A stretch of 32,000 bases of DNA, taken from assembly GCF_050296195.1 (NCBI RefSeq), contig NZ_JBNKRB010000042.1; one strand, written 5' to 3'. This document shows, piece after piece, positions 7,179-18,489 of the stretch; position 1 is the stretch's first letter; every line of letters begins with the position of its first letter. The DNA comes from Gynuella sp. (lineage in GTDB: Bacteria; Pseudomonadota; Gammaproteobacteria; Pseudomonadales; Natronospirillaceae). Both the position numbers and the translations under genes were made by a program. Below the pieces are notes generated by a model. That model saw only the letters and a list, made by a program, of their open reading frames with translations, did no database searches and had not been told where the DNA came from.

Positions 7179-9755
7179 ATGAAAAGAATGTTGATTAACG
7201 CAACTCAATCCGAGGAAATCCGAGTTGCACTGGTGGATGGCCAGAAATTATATGACCTCGATATAGAAAGCGGATTCCGCGAACAAAAAAAAGCCAATAT
7301 ATACAAAGGAAAAATAACCAGAATAGAGCCCAGTCTTGAAGCAGCTTTTGTAGATTATGGCTCAGAGAGACATGGATTTCTCCCTCTCAAAGAAATCTCC
7401 CGAGAATACTTCATTGATCCAAACGTTTCCGGACGCATCAACATAAAAGATGTTTTGAAGGAAGGTACAGAAATCATTGTTCAAGTTGACAAGGAAGAAA
7501 GAGGTAACAAAGGAGCAGCCCTGACATCGATGATCAGTCTGGCTGGTCGTTATCTCGTATTGATGCCTAACAATCCAAAAGCTGGCGGAATATCCAGGCG
7601 CATAGAAGGTGAAGACCGCGCTCAGCTCCGCGAAGCCCTGCAAAGTGTTAATGTGCCGGAAGGCATGGGGATCATTGTTCGTACAGCCGGAATTGGGCGC
7701 AGTTCTGAAGAACTTCAATGGGACCTGGATTATTTACTACAGCTTTGGGAAAGTATCACGGGTGTTTCCAAAGAACGTGAAGCCCCCTTTCTGATTCTTC
7801 AGGAATCCAATGTCATTATCCGCGCCATTAGAGATTACCTACGCCAGGATATTGGCGAAGTATTGATCGATAACAAAGCCGTTTATGATTATGCAATAGA
7901 CTTTGTTCAGAAGGTAATGCCTTCTTATCTCCCCAAAATCAAACTCTATTCAGAATCTGTCCCTTTGTTCAATCGTTATCAAATTGAAACCCAGATAGAA
8001 ACGGCTTTCCAGCGGGAAGTGAAGCTCCCTTCCGGTGGTTCCATTGTCATTGACCCAACTGAAGCGCTGGTATCTATCGATATCAACTCCTCCAGAGCAA
8101 CTAAAGGGGTAGATATTGAAGAAACTGCCCTGAACACGAATATCGAAGCTGCTGAGGAAATTGCCAGACAACTGCGCCTGCGCGACATGGGCGGATTGAT
8201 TGTTATCGACTTTATCGACATGAATAACCCTAAAAACCAAAGGGAAGTCGAAAACAAACTGAAAGACGCCACGGAATCAGACCGCGCCAGGGTACAGGTT
8301 GGTCGTATTTCGAGATTCGGCTTGCTAGAAATGTCGCGTCAACGACTCAGACCATCGTTAGAGGAAACAAGTGGCCATGTCTGCCCTCGCTGTAATGGAC
8401 AGGGTGTCATACGGGATGTTAAATCTTTGGCCCTGGCTATTTTACGTCTCGTCGAAGAAGAAAGCCTGAAAGAAAGAACTGCTCAGATACGTGCCATATT
8501 ACCGATTTCAGTTGCAACATTTCTACTGAATGAGAAAAGACAAGCTATTGGAGATATCGAAGCCCGTACAAAAGCGCAGGTATTGATCATTCCCAGTGCC
8601 GCACTGGAAACTCCTCATTATGAAGTCATCAGAGTTAGAGACGACAGCGAACTGATTTCATCTGCTGAACCCAGTTTTGCCATTCATCTTACTGAAGTTG
8701 ACACTGGAGACACTGATAAAGAGGAGCATTCACACAAACCTGCTGAAAAACCGGCCATCAGTACAATTGCCACACCAAGCTCACCAGCTCCTCAACCAAC
8801 ATCTCGCGAGATACAACCGCAGAGCGATGAGCAGAAGAAAAGCTTACTTGGCAGCCTGATCGGCAGTATTGCCGGGATATTTGGTGGTACTTCAAAAACC
8901 ATAGAACCAGTTCAGCCTGAGCCCAAAAATACTGGTAGATCCAGACCAGAAAAAGACGCCAGAAAAACACCATCTCAGCGTAGTCAGGGCAATAACAACA
9001 GTGCAAGCAAAAACAAACCACGCACGAACAAGCCCAGACCCGAACGCACCACAAAAAGCAGAGATGATGAACGTCGCTCAAAGGCTGCCCCTAGCAATAA
9101 CGCGGAGCAACAACCAGCCTCGACTGCGAAAAACACTCCCAAAAAAGAAACGGGTAACCGCAGGCCTGAACGCGACAATCGCGGCACCGTTAGCAATGAA
9201 GAAAAAGGCTCTAACCGCAAAAAGCGCAATTCATCGAATAAAGCTCCACGCCGGCAGAGACAACAGCCTAACACCAATGAGAACAAACAAAGTCCCGACA
9301 CACCAGCTCAAAATCCTCAGACCTCTTCTCAGGATGCAGTTGCCGTACCGGAAACTTTTGATTTCAAAGCTACGAAAAACAACGCTGATACCTCAACTCC
9401 TGACGTAAAAGCTGAAACAGAAACCAAAGCACCAGTTGCTAAAGCAGTTAGCGGAGACACCGAGAATACTGTTAAGCAGCAGGATGCTTCAGAAACCAAA
9501 GCACCGGAAACAAAAGCACCGGAAACAAAAGCCCTTTCTATCACAAAGGTCGAGACACCGCCCTCCAACCAGGAGCCAGCTCAACCAAAACCGGCACAAG
9601 AAATACAAGCCAATAAATCGGAAGCCGAGAAGCCTCAAGAACCAGATAATGAGTCTTCAACCCCCAAACGGGCATTCAATGATCCAAGAGAAATAAAGCG
9701 GAGAATGCTCGAAGAGAAGAAAAAAGCCACCGAGCCTGATAATCAGGAACAGTAA
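7179..9755 (+). CDS. rne: Ribonuclease E
   Basis: 858 aa. The N-terminal half is [30 protein letters not shown], with an S1 domain and the Zn-link CPRCNGQG. The C-terminal half is a low-complexity R/K/P/E-rich scaffold. Confidence 0.97.
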   Translation: MKRMLINATQSEEIRVALVDGQKLYDLDIESGFREQKKANIYKGKITRIEPSLEAAFVDYGSERHGFLPLKEISREYFIDPNVSGRINIKDVLKEGTEIIVQVDKEERGNKGAALTSMISLAGRYLVLMPNNPKAGGISRRIEGEDRAQLREALQSVNVPEGMGIIVRTAGIGRSSEELQWDLDYLLQLWESITGVSKEREAPFLILQESNVIIRAIRDYLRQDIGEVLIDNKAVYDYAIDFVQKVMPSYLPKIKLYSESVPLFNRYQIETQIETAFQREVKLPSGGSIVIDPTEALVSIDINSSRATKGVDIEETALNTNIEAAEEIARQLRLRDMGGLIVIDFIDMNNPKNQREVENKLKDATESDRARVQVGRISRFGLLEMSRQRLRPSLEETSGHVCPRCNGQGVIRDVKSLALAILRLVEEESLKERTAQIRAILPISVATFLLNEKRQAIGDIEARTKAQVLIIPSAALETPHYEVIRVRDDSELISSAEPSFAIHLTEVDTGDTDKEEHSHKPAEKPAISTIATPSSPAPQPTSREIQPQSDEQKKSLLGSLIGSIAGIFGGTSKTIEPVQPEPKNTGRSRPEKDARKTPSQRSQGNNNSASKNKPRTNKPRPERTTKSRDDERRSKAAPSNNAEQQPASTAKNTPKKETGNRRPERDNRGTVSNEEKGSNRKKRNSSNKAPRRQRQQPNTNENKQSPDTPAQNPQTSSQDAVAVPETFDFKATKNNADTSTPDVKAETETKAPVAKAVSGDTENTVKQQDASETKAPETKAPETKALSITKVETPPSNQEPAQPKPAQEIQANKSEAEKPQEPDNESSTPKRAFNDPREIKRRMLEEKKKATEPDNQEQ
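9492..9536 (+). repeat. 15-bp tandem repeat x3 inside rne, encoding ETKAP units
   Basis: gaaaccaaagcaccg / gaaacaaaagcaccg / gaaacaaaagccctt. A fourth dispersed copy lies at 9420..9434. The translation is [16 protein letters not shown]. Confidence 0.9.
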
Positions 9756-9763
9756 CTCCGCCC

Positions 9764-9792
9764 AAAGGGCTGCTTTCTTGCAGCCCTTTTTA
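9764..9792 (+). terminator. Intrinsic terminator after rne
   Basis: AAGGGCTGC-tttctt-GCAGCCCTT (9765..9773 with 9780..9788) running into a T-run. Confidence 0.8.
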
Positions 9793-9907
9793 ATTTACAT
9801 CCCTCTGACCTTTTTGAAGACGTCATACACTTGTGGTAGAAACTTTTCTTACCCTAAGATGAGTTCTTATCTGATATTTCAAGATAAGGACACTGGAGGG
9901 AAGAATA

Positions 9908-10795
9908 ATGAACTCAAAGATTCCACAAATAGCTTTTGACTGGTACGACGAATACGCTCACGGAGACATTGACCGCCGTACATTTGTATCCAGAGTTGCA
10001 ACGCTGGCCATAGCAGGTTTGACTGCAAATACCATTACAGCAGCATTACTACCCAATTATGCACACGCCGAACAAATATCCTTTAACGATCCGGATATCA
10101 CCGCAAGCTATCTGAATTTTGAGTCCCCCAAAGGGCATGGAACTGGTCGCGGCTACCTGGTTCTACCCTCTATGCTTGAGCAGCCTACTCCGACGGTTTT
10201 GGTTATACATGAGAATCGGGGGCTTAACCCTTACATAAAAGACGTTGCTCGAAGACTGGCTAAAAAAGGCTTTATTGCCCTTGCTCCAGACGCGCTATTC
10301 CCTCTGGGTGGTTATCCCGGCAACGATGATGACGGACGAAGTATGCAGAGCTCTATGAATAAAATAAAAATCGAACAGGATTTTATAGCTGCTGCGCAAT
10401 TCTTAAAACAATATGAAAAAGGTAACGGAAAAGTCGGTGCGGTTGGCTTTTGTTTTGGCGGATATATCTGCAATATGCTTGCCGCAACAATTCCAGATAC
10501 AATGGACGCAATATCACCGTTCTACGGAACTCCCGCTCATGAGGATATTATAGATCGGGTTAAAGGCCCTTTATTGTTGCATTTCGCAGAACTAGACAAG
10601 CGCGTTAATGCAACCTGGCCGTCGTATGAAGAGATACTAAAGAAAAATAAGGTACCTTATGAAACCTATATGTACTCTGGCGTAAACCATGGGTTTCATA
10701 ATGACTCTACAGCCCGTTATGATGAACAGAATGCTGAATTGGCATGGTCAAGAACAATCGATTTTTTTAACCACCATCTCAATAAAGGCCTATAG
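9908..10795 (+). CDS. ysgA: Dienelactone hydrolase family protein with a Tat-type signal (YsgA-like)
   Basis: Near-colinear with E. coli YsgA as I remember it: HENRGLNPYIKDVARRLAKKGFIALAPD, GFCFGG nucleophile elbow, LLLHFAELDKRVN, GVNHGFHNDST. The N terminus has DRRTFVSRVATLAIAGL followed by AHA-E (twin-arginine motif plus AxA site). SD GGAGGG lies 8 nt upstream. Confidence 0.85.
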   Translation: MNSKIPQIAFDWYDEYAHGDIDRRTFVSRVATLAIAGLTANTITAALLPNYAHAEQISFNDPDITASYLNFESPKGHGTGRGYLVLPSMLEQPTPTVLVIHENRGLNPYIKDVARRLAKKGFIALAPDALFPLGGYPGNDDDGRSMQSSMNKIKIEQDFIAAAQFLKQYEKGNGKVGAVGFCFGGYICNMLAATIPDTMDAISPFYGTPAHEDIIDRVKGPLLLHFAELDKRVNATWPSYEEILKKNKVPYETYMYSGVNHGFHNDSTARYDEQNAELAWSRTIDFFNHHLNKGL

Positions 10796-10953
10796 TACGA
10801 AACAAACCGGTATAACGATGACCACAACCCTATCATTGGCAGCAAATATAGATCATCCTAACAATGAATATAATAAAATTATATCGCAAGACAATTAGCC
10901 CAACAGAACACAAATAGAATTTGATATATAACTATTGAAACACATTGGTATCT

Positions 10954-11793
10954 ATGCAGCAGCTAGAACATATTTTCGACACTCTTCTGTCTTTAACTCA
11001 ATCCCTCAGACAGCATTTACAACACCACCAAGTTACCTGCTGGTGTCATGGCTACCAAACTGCTGCGCAAGGAATTCATGAAGCAATCACTGATTTCTGG
11101 TATCGGGATGGGATGGACGGTCGCGAAACCATCTCTTACTACGGATTGGTTGCAAGCGATGAAAAAATACTGAACCAGGTTACTGAGATCAACCAACTAA
11201 AAGCGAATTTCGCAGACTGCATCAAAAAGATCAGAGAAGATTCTCCAAATGACCTGAACAGATACAAATACGAATTAATCTCCAGACATCCAAACTTGGC
11301 CAATGAGCTTGCAGCCAAGGGATTGGCCCGACTTAACCTCAAACAAGTCACACGAGCGATACCTATCTTGCGACAACATCCCGCAAAAATAAGCTTTAAC
11401 TGGTACAAAAGTGGAAAAAGCATTCAAAGGATTTCAAAACAGGACGCACTCAAAAAACTAATGCGCTTTGATGTGTTAGCTCCACACATCAAGGCTCAGT
11501 ATGATCGCCTGGGGAGTCTGCCTGACACAGAAGTTTTGGCACTAGTGCAAAATCTTAGCCCGATAATGCGAGCAAACATACTATATGGAAATGGAGAGCG
11601 AACAGCTTTTAATGTGGCTTTACCGATTTTCTTCCCTAAAGAGCAAGGAATGCCTGCTTTTTCGATCCCAAACTCTCTTCCTCCTGAAAAACGCCAACGC
11701 AAAATCAGAAACGACAATCAATTAGAGGAAGACCCCATTGCTCCGAGTATTCGAGTATATCGATATCGGCCTGGACGCGAATCAGTGAGCTGA
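10954..11793 (+). CDS. tus: Putative Tus-family DNA replication terminus site-binding protein (distant homologue)
   Basis: Colinear motif matches to E. coli Tus (recalled from memory): [14 protein letters not shown] vs [40 protein letters not shown] vs [42 protein letters not shown] vs [24 protein letters not shown] vs [16 protein letters not shown] vs PRLHLYV. The track start at 10945 is TTG and the first ATG is 10954. Neither has a clear SD. Confidence 0.5.
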   Translation: [279 protein letters not shown]

Positions 11794-11807
11794 GAGCCGG
11801 TCGAAAC

Positions 11808-12452
11808 TCACCCAAAATTTCGATCAGCAACAAAAGGATTTGTCAGACGCTCTTGCCCAAAGGTCGACATCGGACCATGACCTGGAATAAAACGTATGTC
11901 ATCCCCAAGCCCAAACAGTTTCTCACGAATAGATTGGATCAATTGAGCGTGATTGCCACGTGGAAAATCTGAGCGCCCAATACTACCCGCAAATAGTACA
12001 TCACCAACGACTGCTACCCTGGAAGACTCACAATAAAACACAACATGACCTGGAGTATGACCAGGGGTGTGCAACACCAACAGCTCTACTTCCCCAATAC
12101 TAATAATGTCGGAATCACTCAACCACATATCCGGCACCACGTTTTCAGCTTCGCCGAAACCAAACATAGAAGCCTGATTCTCTATTTGATTCAGCCAGAA
12201 AGCTTCTTCCTGCTGAGGTCCAACAATAGGAACGTTCAGCATACTCTTGATAGCATTGGCTGCACCAGCATGGTCAAGATGTCCGTGTGTCAATAGAACC
12301 TTATCAACATCAATAGCCAAAGCTTCAACGCGCGCCAGGATTTTCCCTGCTTCACCACCAGGATCGACAATTGCAGCCTTACCCGTTTTTTCGCACCACA
12401 GGATGGAACAATTCTGCTGAAACGGGGTCACTGGAACAATTTCATATTTCAT
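11808..12452 (-). CDS. gloC: MBL-fold hydrolase, YcbL/GloC-type hydroxyacylglutathione hydrolase
   Basis: [34 protein letters not shown] (HxHxDH), [25 protein letters not shown] and FIPGHGP are near-colinear with E. coli YcbL. The start overlaps the sthA stop (ATGA). Confidence 0.88.
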   Translation of the reverse strand: MKYEIVPVTPFQQNCSILWCEKTGKAAIVDPGGEAGKILARVEALAIDVDKVLLTHGHLDHAGAANAIKSMLNVPIVGPQQEEAFWLNQIENQASMFGFGEAENVVPDMWLSDSDIISIGEVELLVLHTPGHTPGHVVFYCESSRVAVVGDVLFAGSIGRSDFPRGNHAQLIQSIREKLFGLGDDIRFIPGHGPMSTFGQERLTNPFVADRNFG

Positions 12453-13840
12453 AGTCGATTTAATCCATTGAGCGCAGCAACACGATAAGCTTCTGCCATC
12501 GTCGGGTAGTTAAATGTATGGGTAACAAAGTATTCAAGTGTATTGCCACCATTTTTCTGCTCCATAATGGCTTGCCCAATATGAAGAATCTCTGCAGCCT
12601 GGTCACCAAAACAGTGTATCCCCAATAACTCTAATGTCTCACGATGAAACAGAATTTTTAACACACCTACATCTTCGCCAGTGATCTGTGCCCTGGCTGT
12701 ATCTTTAAAATAGGCTTTACCGACTTCATAAGGAATCTTGGCCTTTGTCAGTTCGCGTTCGTTTTTACCAACGGAACTGATCTCTGGAATGGTATAAATA
12801 CCATTCGGTATATTTTCAAAAAAGATATAGCTCGAATCGTTTACGATAGCACCAGAAGCAGCCCTACCCTGATCATACGCAGCACTGGCCAAGCTTGGCG
12901 CACCGATTACATCGCCAACAGCAAAGATATTGTCCACCTTTGTTTGATAAAATCGATCAACCTCAAGCTGACCACGGGAATTTGCCTCCAAGCCAGCATT
13001 TTCAAGACCAAGATCATCCGTATTACCGGCTCGACCATTGGCCCATAAAAAAGCATCCGCTTTAATCACTTTCCCACTTTGAAGCTTCAATTCAACATAA
13101 TCATCGTAACCAGAAAGACTCTCAAACATTTCATTATGACGGATCAACACTCCATGACCACGCATGTGATAACTCAAGGCATCTGAAATTTCATCATCCA
13201 TATACGCCAACAATCGTTCGCCTGGATTAACCAAGTCAACCTTGCAGCCCAAACCATTAAAAATAGAAGCATACTCACAACCAATAACCCCGGCCCCATA
13301 AATAATGATACGGCGAGGAGTTCTGTCCAGCGTTAGTATAGTGTCACTGTCAAACACCATAGGATGATTAAAATCGACGTTTTCAGGACGGTATGGACGG
13401 GAACCAGTCGCAATGACAACATGCCCTGCATGTAAGATATCCTTGGTACTTTGGCTGGTCTGAACCTCAATGGTATGGGGGTCCATAAATCGCGCATGGC
13501 CATTAAAAATCTTAAAATGATTACGACTATAAAAGCGGCGCCGCATACTTACCTGCTTGTTAATGACCTGTTGGGCACTGGCATTAACTTCAGAAAAAGA
13601 CAGCAAAGTGGGCTCCGCAATAGCTCTGAACAAGGGAGTTCTATTAAATTTCATAACAGCATGAACTGCATGACGGAGCGCCTTGGAAGGAATTGTTCCT
13701 TTATGGGTGCAACCACCCCCAACCTCGGCCCGGGAGTCTACAAGTGCAACAGTTTTTCCCTTTTTGCCGGCGTTCATGGCGGCACTCTCTCCTGCAGGCC
13801 CAGTGCCAATAACGACAACATCGTAACTGTATTCAGCCAT
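12449..13840 (-). CDS. sthA: Soluble pyridine nucleotide transhydrogenase
   Basis: 463 aa with [35 protein letters not shown] and a C-terminal [21 protein letters not shown], very close to E. coli SthA. Confidence 0.95.
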   Translation of the reverse strand: MAEYSYDVVVIGTGPAGESAAMNAGKKGKTVALVDSRAEVGGGCTHKGTIPSKALRHAVHAVMKFNRTPLFRAIAEPTLLSFSEVNASAQQVINKQVSMRRRFYSRNHFKIFNGHARFMDPHTIEVQTSQSTKDILHAGHVVIATGSRPYRPENVDFNHPMVFDSDTILTLDRTPRRIIIYGAGVIGCEYASIFNGLGCKVDLVNPGERLLAYMDDEISDALSYHMRGHGVLIRHNEMFESLSGYDDYVELKLQSGKVIKADAFLWANGRAGNTDDLGLENAGLEANSRGQLEVDRFYQTKVDNIFAVGDVIGAPSLASAAYDQGRAASGAIVNDSSYIFFENIPNGIYTIPEISSVGKNERELTKAKIPYEVGKAYFKDTARAQITGEDVGVLKILFHRETLELLGIHCFGDQAAEILHIGQAIMEQKNGGNTLEYFVTHTFNYPTMAEAYRVAALNGLNRL

Positions 13841-13896
13841 AGATACTCCCAGCCATAGTAATCACAACATAAAACATTTTATTAAAACCCAAAGAT

Positions 13897-14142
13897 CTAT
13901 TTTGCAGCGGCGTCATAGGCCAAACCAGCGCTTTTTTGACTGATCCTTTTGGCTTTTTCAACCTCATCCTCGCAAATACTTTTATCCCCACCACAGATAT
14001 CACAGGCTACGTCCATACCCAGCGCAGCCATGCCACCACAGCTCCCAGTAATGGGTTTTCTACCCATCATTACACCAACAGCCATCAATGCGGTAAATAT
14101 AACCATGGCAAAAAATACAACAATAAATGTACTCATAATCAC
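13897..14142 (-). CDS. nqrM: (Na+)-NQR maturation factor NqrM
   Basis: 81 aa with one N-terminal TM helix, then GSCGG...CDICGG, the cysteine pattern typical of NqrM/DUF539. It lies immediately after apbE with a 4-nt overlap. Confidence 0.85.
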   Translation of the reverse strand: MIMSTFIVVFFAMVIFTALMAVGVMMGRKPITGSCGGMAALGMDVACDICGGDKSICEDEVEKAKRISQKSAGLAYDAAAK

Positions 14143-15206
14143 CTCTTAAACTCGTAGTTATCAAACAACGAACTTTTATATTCTTTAAATCCATCGGCTG
14201 TTTTCTCAATCAAAAACACAGCCAAATGCTCTTTCTCAGCTAACTCAAGAGCAGACTTGGTACCTAGAACCATCATCGCTGTAGCCCATCCATCAGCAAT
14301 AGCACAGCTATCCGCAATCACACTCACCGAAACCAACGGGTGATCAATCGGAAAGCCGGTTTTGGGATCAATCGTATGGGAATATCTTTTCCCGTTGACC
14401 TCAAAATAGTTGCGATAATCCCCAGACGTCGCAATAGCCCGATCAGATAAGGGTAAAATCCGATATATTCCTCGGGCACCGCTTTCCGGGGTCTCTATAG
14501 CTACCCGCCAACTGTCGCCGTTAGGTTTCTTGCCCTTTAGGCGCATTTCACCGCCAACTTCCACCAGATATGCAGAAATATTGAGGCTGTCCAGGTATTC
14601 TGCAACCTTGTCAACTGCATAACCTTTGGCAATTGCAGACAAATCAATCTCTCTTGGTGCTGTTTTAGTGACTGTTTGAGTGGCCGGATCCAGCTGTAAT
14701 GCTGAATAGCCCACCATACCAAATGCTTTGTTCAGCTCCGCCTTATCCGGGACGATATCCGGTCGATCACTTGGCCCGAACCCCCATAAGTCCACCAGTG
14801 GTTCCACGGTAATGTCAAATGAGCCGGAACTTTTTTCGCTGATGATCTGGGCTTGTGAAACAACGTAGAATAAATCATCAGACATATGAAAAGGCGCACC
14901 GACAGCGGCGTCATTAAACCGGTTAAGCTCAGATTGTTTCAAATATGTAGACATCGACTGATCAATACGATCAAGCACACTATTCACGCCATGTTGATAT
15001 TTGCCTACTTTACTTTTTCCACCAACGTACTTGATAGAATAGCTGGTTCCCAAGGCTTGACCATAAAACGTTTGAATTTCATCCTGGCCAGAAACAGAAC
15101 AGCCCGTGGCTGCCATGATGGCAAAAAATGCCATCACAACATACACGGGCTTTAACACAGAACGTATCTGCACGAATACTCCCAGACTCTTATCCGCCAA
15201 AATCAT
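14139..15206 (-). CDS. apbE: FAD:protein FMN transferase ApbE (lipoprotein)
   Basis: Lipobox AATGC after a hydrophobic stretch, plus ApbE motifs ([44 protein letters not shown]). The start is uncertain: ATG 15206 overlaps nqrF by 17 nt, and GTG 15158 would give a shorter signal peptide. Confidence 0.9.
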   Translation of the reverse strand: MILADKSLGVFVQIRSVLKPVYVVMAFFAIMAATGCSVSGQDEIQTFYGQALGTSYSIKYVGGKSKVGKYQHGVNSVLDRIDQSMSTYLKQSELNRFNDAAVGAPFHMSDDLFYVVSQAQIISEKSSGSFDITVEPLVDLWGFGPSDRPDIVPDKAELNKAFGMVGYSALQLDPATQTVTKTAPREIDLSAIAKGYAVDKVAEYLDSLNISAYLVEVGGEMRLKGKKPNGDSWRVAIETPESGARGIYRILPLSDRAIATSGDYRNYFEVNGKRYSHTIDPKTGFPIDHPLVSVSVIADSCAIADGWATAMMVLGTKSALELAEKEHLAVFLIEKTADGFKEYKSSLFDNYEFKR

Positions 15207-16419
15207 CCAGCAGAATGTTTTCGTCTTCTACACCCAGATCTTTCAGCATTTTAATAACTGCGGCGTTCATCATTGGAGGACCACACATGTAGTACTCGCA
15301 ATCTTCTGGTGCCTCATGGTCCTTAAGATAGTTTTCATACAAAACGTTATGGATGAATCCAGTCAGGCCATTCCAGTCATCTTCTGGCTGTGGGTCAGAC
15401 AAAGCCAGGTGCCAATCAAAATTCTCATTTTCGGCAGCCAGCATGTCATACTCATCATTGTAGAAAACTTCTTTCAACGAACGCGCACCATACCAGAAGC
15501 TCATTTTACGCTTGGTATGAAGACGCTTAAGCTGATCAAAGATATGAGAACGCATTGGTGCCATACCCGCACCACCACCGATGAATACCATTTCAGCATC
15601 TGTATCTTTAGCGAAAAATTCACCAAAGGGTCCGTACACTGTCATCTTATCACCTGGTTTCAGGTTAAACACAAAAGATGACATCAGACCTGGCTGGACC
15701 CCACTACTTCCTGGAGGAGGGGTGGCAATACGGATATTGAATTTAACCACACCTTTTTCTTCAGGATAGTTCGCCATTGAATAAGCACGAATGACGGGCT
15801 CTTCAATTTTGGTCTCGAGGTTAAAGAAACCAAAACGCTCCCAATCGCCACGAAACTGCTCTTCAATATCAAAGTTTGAAAATTTGATATGCGAAGGAGG
15901 CGCCTCAAGCTGCACATATCCACCAGCGCGGAAATCGACACTTTCCCCTTCTGGCAGCTTCAGCGTCAGTTCTTTAATAAAGGTTGCAACATTGGGGTTA
16001 GACTCAACCGTACACTCCCACTTTTTGACACCAAACACTTCGGCGGGCACTTCGATTTTCATATCCTGTTTAACGGATACCTGACAAGCAAGGCGAAAAC
16101 CTTCGCGAGCCTGACCTTTGGTAAAGTGGCCCTCTTCAGTTGGCAACATAGAGCCACCACCTTCGAGAACCTTACATTTACACTGTGCACAGGTACCGCC
16201 ACCGCCACACGCAGACGACAGGAACACATTGGAGTTAGCCAATGTCTGAAGCAGTTTGCCACCAGCAGAAACGTCTAAAGTTTTACCGGAATCATCATTA
16301 ATCATAATTTTAACATTTCCCGAACTCACTAATTGTGAGCGGGCGGCGAGGATGACAGCAACCAGTGCAAACACGATCACCACAAACATCACTACGCCAA
16401 GAATAATTTCTGTACTCAT
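15190..16419 (-). CDS. nqrF: Na+-translocating NADH:quinone oxidoreductase subunit F
   Basis: 409 aa with an N-terminal TM segment, a 2Fe-2S ferredoxin motif ([12 protein letters not shown]) and an FAD/NADH-binding domain ([17 protein letters not shown]). Confidence 0.97.
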   Translation of the reverse strand: MSTEIILGVVMFVVIVFALVAVILAARSQLVSSGNVKIMINDDSGKTLDVSAGGKLLQTLANSNVFLSSACGGGGTCAQCKCKVLEGGGSMLPTEEGHFTKGQAREGFRLACQVSVKQDMKIEVPAEVFGVKKWECTVESNPNVATFIKELTLKLPEGESVDFRAGGYVQLEAPPSHIKFSNFDIEEQFRGDWERFGFFNLETKIEEPVIRAYSMANYPEEKGVVKFNIRIATPPPGSSGVQPGLMSSFVFNLKPGDKMTVYGPFGEFFAKDTDAEMVFIGGGAGMAPMRSHIFDQLKRLHTKRKMSFWYGARSLKEVFYNDEYDMLAAENENFDWHLALSDPQPEDDWNGLTGFIHNVLYENYLKDHEAPEDCEYYMCGPPMMNAAVIKMLKDLGVEDENILLDDFGG

Positions 16420-16438
16420 ATTATACGATCACTCCCTT

Positions 16439-17047
16439 TTAAAGGCTGATACCAGAGAATGACATAAAACCAAGAGACATCAGCCCAACAGTTATGAAGG
16501 TGATGCCTAGGCCCTGCAGACCAGCAGGCACGTCACTGTACTTGAGTTTTTCACGAATACCGGCAAGAGCTGCAATGGCCAGCGCCCAGCCAAAGCCAGA
16601 TCCCACGCCATATACAGCACTTTCAGCAAAAGTATAATCGCGCTCAACCATTAACAACGAACCACCCATAATAGCGCAGTTCACCGTGATCAAAGGCAAA
16701 AACACCCCCAATGCGTTATAGAGTGCTGGAACATACTTATCGAGGAACATTTCCAATATTTGAACCATAGCAGCAATTACGCCGATATAACTCAACAGCC
16801 CCAAAAAGCTAAGGTCTGCATTAGGAAAGCCTGCCCATGCCAATGCACCATCACGCAGTACATAGTTATAAAGCAGATTGTTAATAGGTACAGTAATGGT
16901 TTGCACGACAATAACCGCAATCCCAAGACCAATCGCAGTCTCAACTTTCTTAGAAAGTGCCAAAAAGGTACACATCCCAAGGAAGAACGCCAGAGCCATG
17001 TTTTCAACGAAGACTGTTCTGACAAAAAGGCTAATCAAACCTTCCAT
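16439..17047 (-). CDS. nqrE: Na+-NQR subunit E
   Basis: 202-aa polytopic membrane protein, [30 protein letters not shown]. The start overlaps the nqrD stop by 1 nt (TAATG). Confidence 0.96.
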   Translation of the reverse strand: MEGLISLFVRTVFVENMALAFFLGMCTFLALSKKVETAIGLGIAVIVVQTITVPINNLLYNYVLRDGALAWAGFPNADLSFLGLLSYIGVIAAMVQILEMFLDKYVPALYNALGVFLPLITVNCAIMGGSLLMVERDYTFAESAVYGVGSGFGWALAIAALAGIREKLKYSDVPAGLQGLGITFITVGLMSLGFMSFSGISL

Positions 17048-17709
17048 TACATCGCCTCCTTATTAACATGTTTGGTCATCTTGAACTCTGCTTTCTCAAC
17101 CTGATCCTTCTTGTAGGTACGAATACCCCAAATAATCAGACCAATGAGAAAGAAAGCACTTGGGGGCAGTAACAGCAAGCCATTAGGGATATACCAACCA
17201 CCATCATTTACAACCGGAAGTATGGTAAACCCAAACAATTTTCCGGAACCCAGAAGCTCACGAATAAAGCCCAGCACCATCAACATCGCCGAGTAACCCA
17301 GACCATTCCCAATACCATCAAGAAAGCTTGGTACAGGCGGGTTTGCCATAGCAAATGCTTCAGCACGTCCCATCACGATACAGTTGGTAATAATCAGTCC
17401 TACAAACACAGATAACTGTTTGGAGATTTCAAAGGCATACGCTTTGAGTATCTGATCAACCACAATAACCAAGGAAGCAATGATCGTCATCTGCACAATA
17501 ATACGGATACTGGAAGGAATCTGATTCCGTATCAGTGAGATAAACAAATTGGAAAAAGCCGTTACCAGCGTCAGCGCGACACTCATTACAAATGCCACAC
17601 GCATACTGGATGTAACCGCAAGAGCTGAACAAATTCCCAAAATCTGTAATGCGATCGGGTTATTAGTCAGAATGGGTCCCAGTAGAGTTTTCTTAATTGC
17701 TGAAGACAT
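17047..17709 (-). CDS. nqrD: Na+-NQR subunit D
   Basis: 220 aa, [20 protein letters not shown], of the RnfE/NqrD family. Confidence 0.96.
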   Translation of the reverse strand: MSSAIKKTLLGPILTNNPIALQILGICSALAVTSSMRVAFVMSVALTLVTAFSNLFISLIRNQIPSSIRIIVQMTIIASLVIVVDQILKAYAFEISKQLSVFVGLIITNCIVMGRAEAFAMANPPVPSFLDGIGNGLGYSAMLMVLGFIRELLGSGKLFGFTILPVVNDGGWYIPNGLLLLPPSAFFLIGLIIWGIRTYKKDQVEKAEFKMTKHVNKEAM

Positions 17710-17712
17710 ACC

Positions 17713-18489
17713 TTACACCTCCCCTTTTGCCAAGTTCTTCAGGAAAGGCCCATACCCATTTTTACCCATCCAAAAATGGACCAGGTTATCAACACCGCGT
17801 GTTGTCAGGGTTGCGCCAGACAAACCATCAACCACATGATCTACTTGATATTGGTTGCTGGGGTCTATATTTCCTTTTTTTACCGCTATAGCCAGAGAGC
17901 CATCATCAGCAAAGATTTTTTTACCTGGCCACAATGCTTTCCATTTTGGATTATCTACTTCACCACCCAGTCCCGGAGTTTCACCCTGCTCATAAAATCC
18001 GAAACCAACTACAGTATTCAGATCTTTGTCCAGGGCAATAAAGCCATACATAGTTGACCAGAGACCATATCCCCGAACAGGGAGAATCACTGTCTGCAGC
18101 TGCCCACTTTTTTCAACGGTATAAACTTTGGAGTAATACTCCTGGCGTTTGATAGAGGCGGTATCTTCAGACGGCGGTAAAGCCTCACTCATTGATGGAT
18201 CTTTAGCTGCCACTTTCTGATCATAACTGCCAGCATCCACTGCATCGGTGTACTCACCTGTGCGCAAATCAACAATATGAGTGGTTACCGATTCAAACTG
18301 TTTGGCAACGGGTTGACCGGATTTATAAATACCAGCCGCTTCCAAAACACTCCGACGAACCTGGTTTGCTTTGTTAGCTTCCTGTATGGGCTTTAATGAC
18401 ACTGCCGCCATAGATACAACAATGGAACATGCCAAACAGGTTAGGAAAGCAATTTTTATGGTATTGCCTATGGAGTTCTTATCAGACAC
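17713..18489 (-). CDS. nqrC: Na+-NQR subunit C (FMN-binding)
   Basis: Re-called to start at GTG 18489 ([25 protein letters not shown]...). A strong SD AAGAGGAGGG lies about 8 nt upstream, and the start overlaps the nqrB stop (GTGTCTGA). The FMN attachment motif is [10 protein letters not shown]. The track ATG at 18558 would run 77 nt into nqrB. Confidence 0.93.
   Translation of the reverse strand: MSDKNSIGNTIKIAFLTCLACSIVVSMAAVSLKPIQEANKANQVRRSVLEAAGIYKSGQPVAKQFESVTTHIVDLRTGEYTDAVDAGSYDQKVAAKDPSMSEALPPSEDTASIKRQEYYSKVYTVEKSGQLQTVILPVRGYGLWSTMYGFIALDKDLNTVVGFGFYEQGETPGLGGEVDNPKWKALWPGKKIFADDGSLAIAVKKGNIDPSNQYQVDHVVDGLSGATLTTRGVDNLVHFWMGKNGYGPFLKNLAKGEV

Noticed and set aside
9420-9536. Short tandem repeats that could be mistaken for a mini repeat array
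   Set aside because: They are in-frame coding repeats (ETKAP) within rne, with no spacers and no cas context. They are not CRISPR.
10689-10898. A 69-aa ORF spanning the end of the hydrolase gene and the intergenic region
   Set aside because: It overlaps the 3' end of the YsgA-like gene in another frame, continues into AT-rich spacer, and has no SD. It is probably not coding.
13936-14157. Two plus-strand ORFs (73 and 66 aa) opposite nqrM
   Set aside because: They are antisense to a gene with the diagnostic NqrM TM-plus-cysteine pattern and a position coupled to apbE. They are shadow ORFs.
15106-15681. A 191-aa plus-strand ORF antisense to apbE/nqrF. Similar long antisense or alternate-frame ORFs occur at 20020..20583, 13451..13858, 5264..5614, 30880..31260, 15889..16278, 18371..18772 and 9001..9408.
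   Set aside because: Each is fully embedded in a confidently identified conserved gene on the other strand or frame. They have no SD, odd composition and no recognisable motifs.
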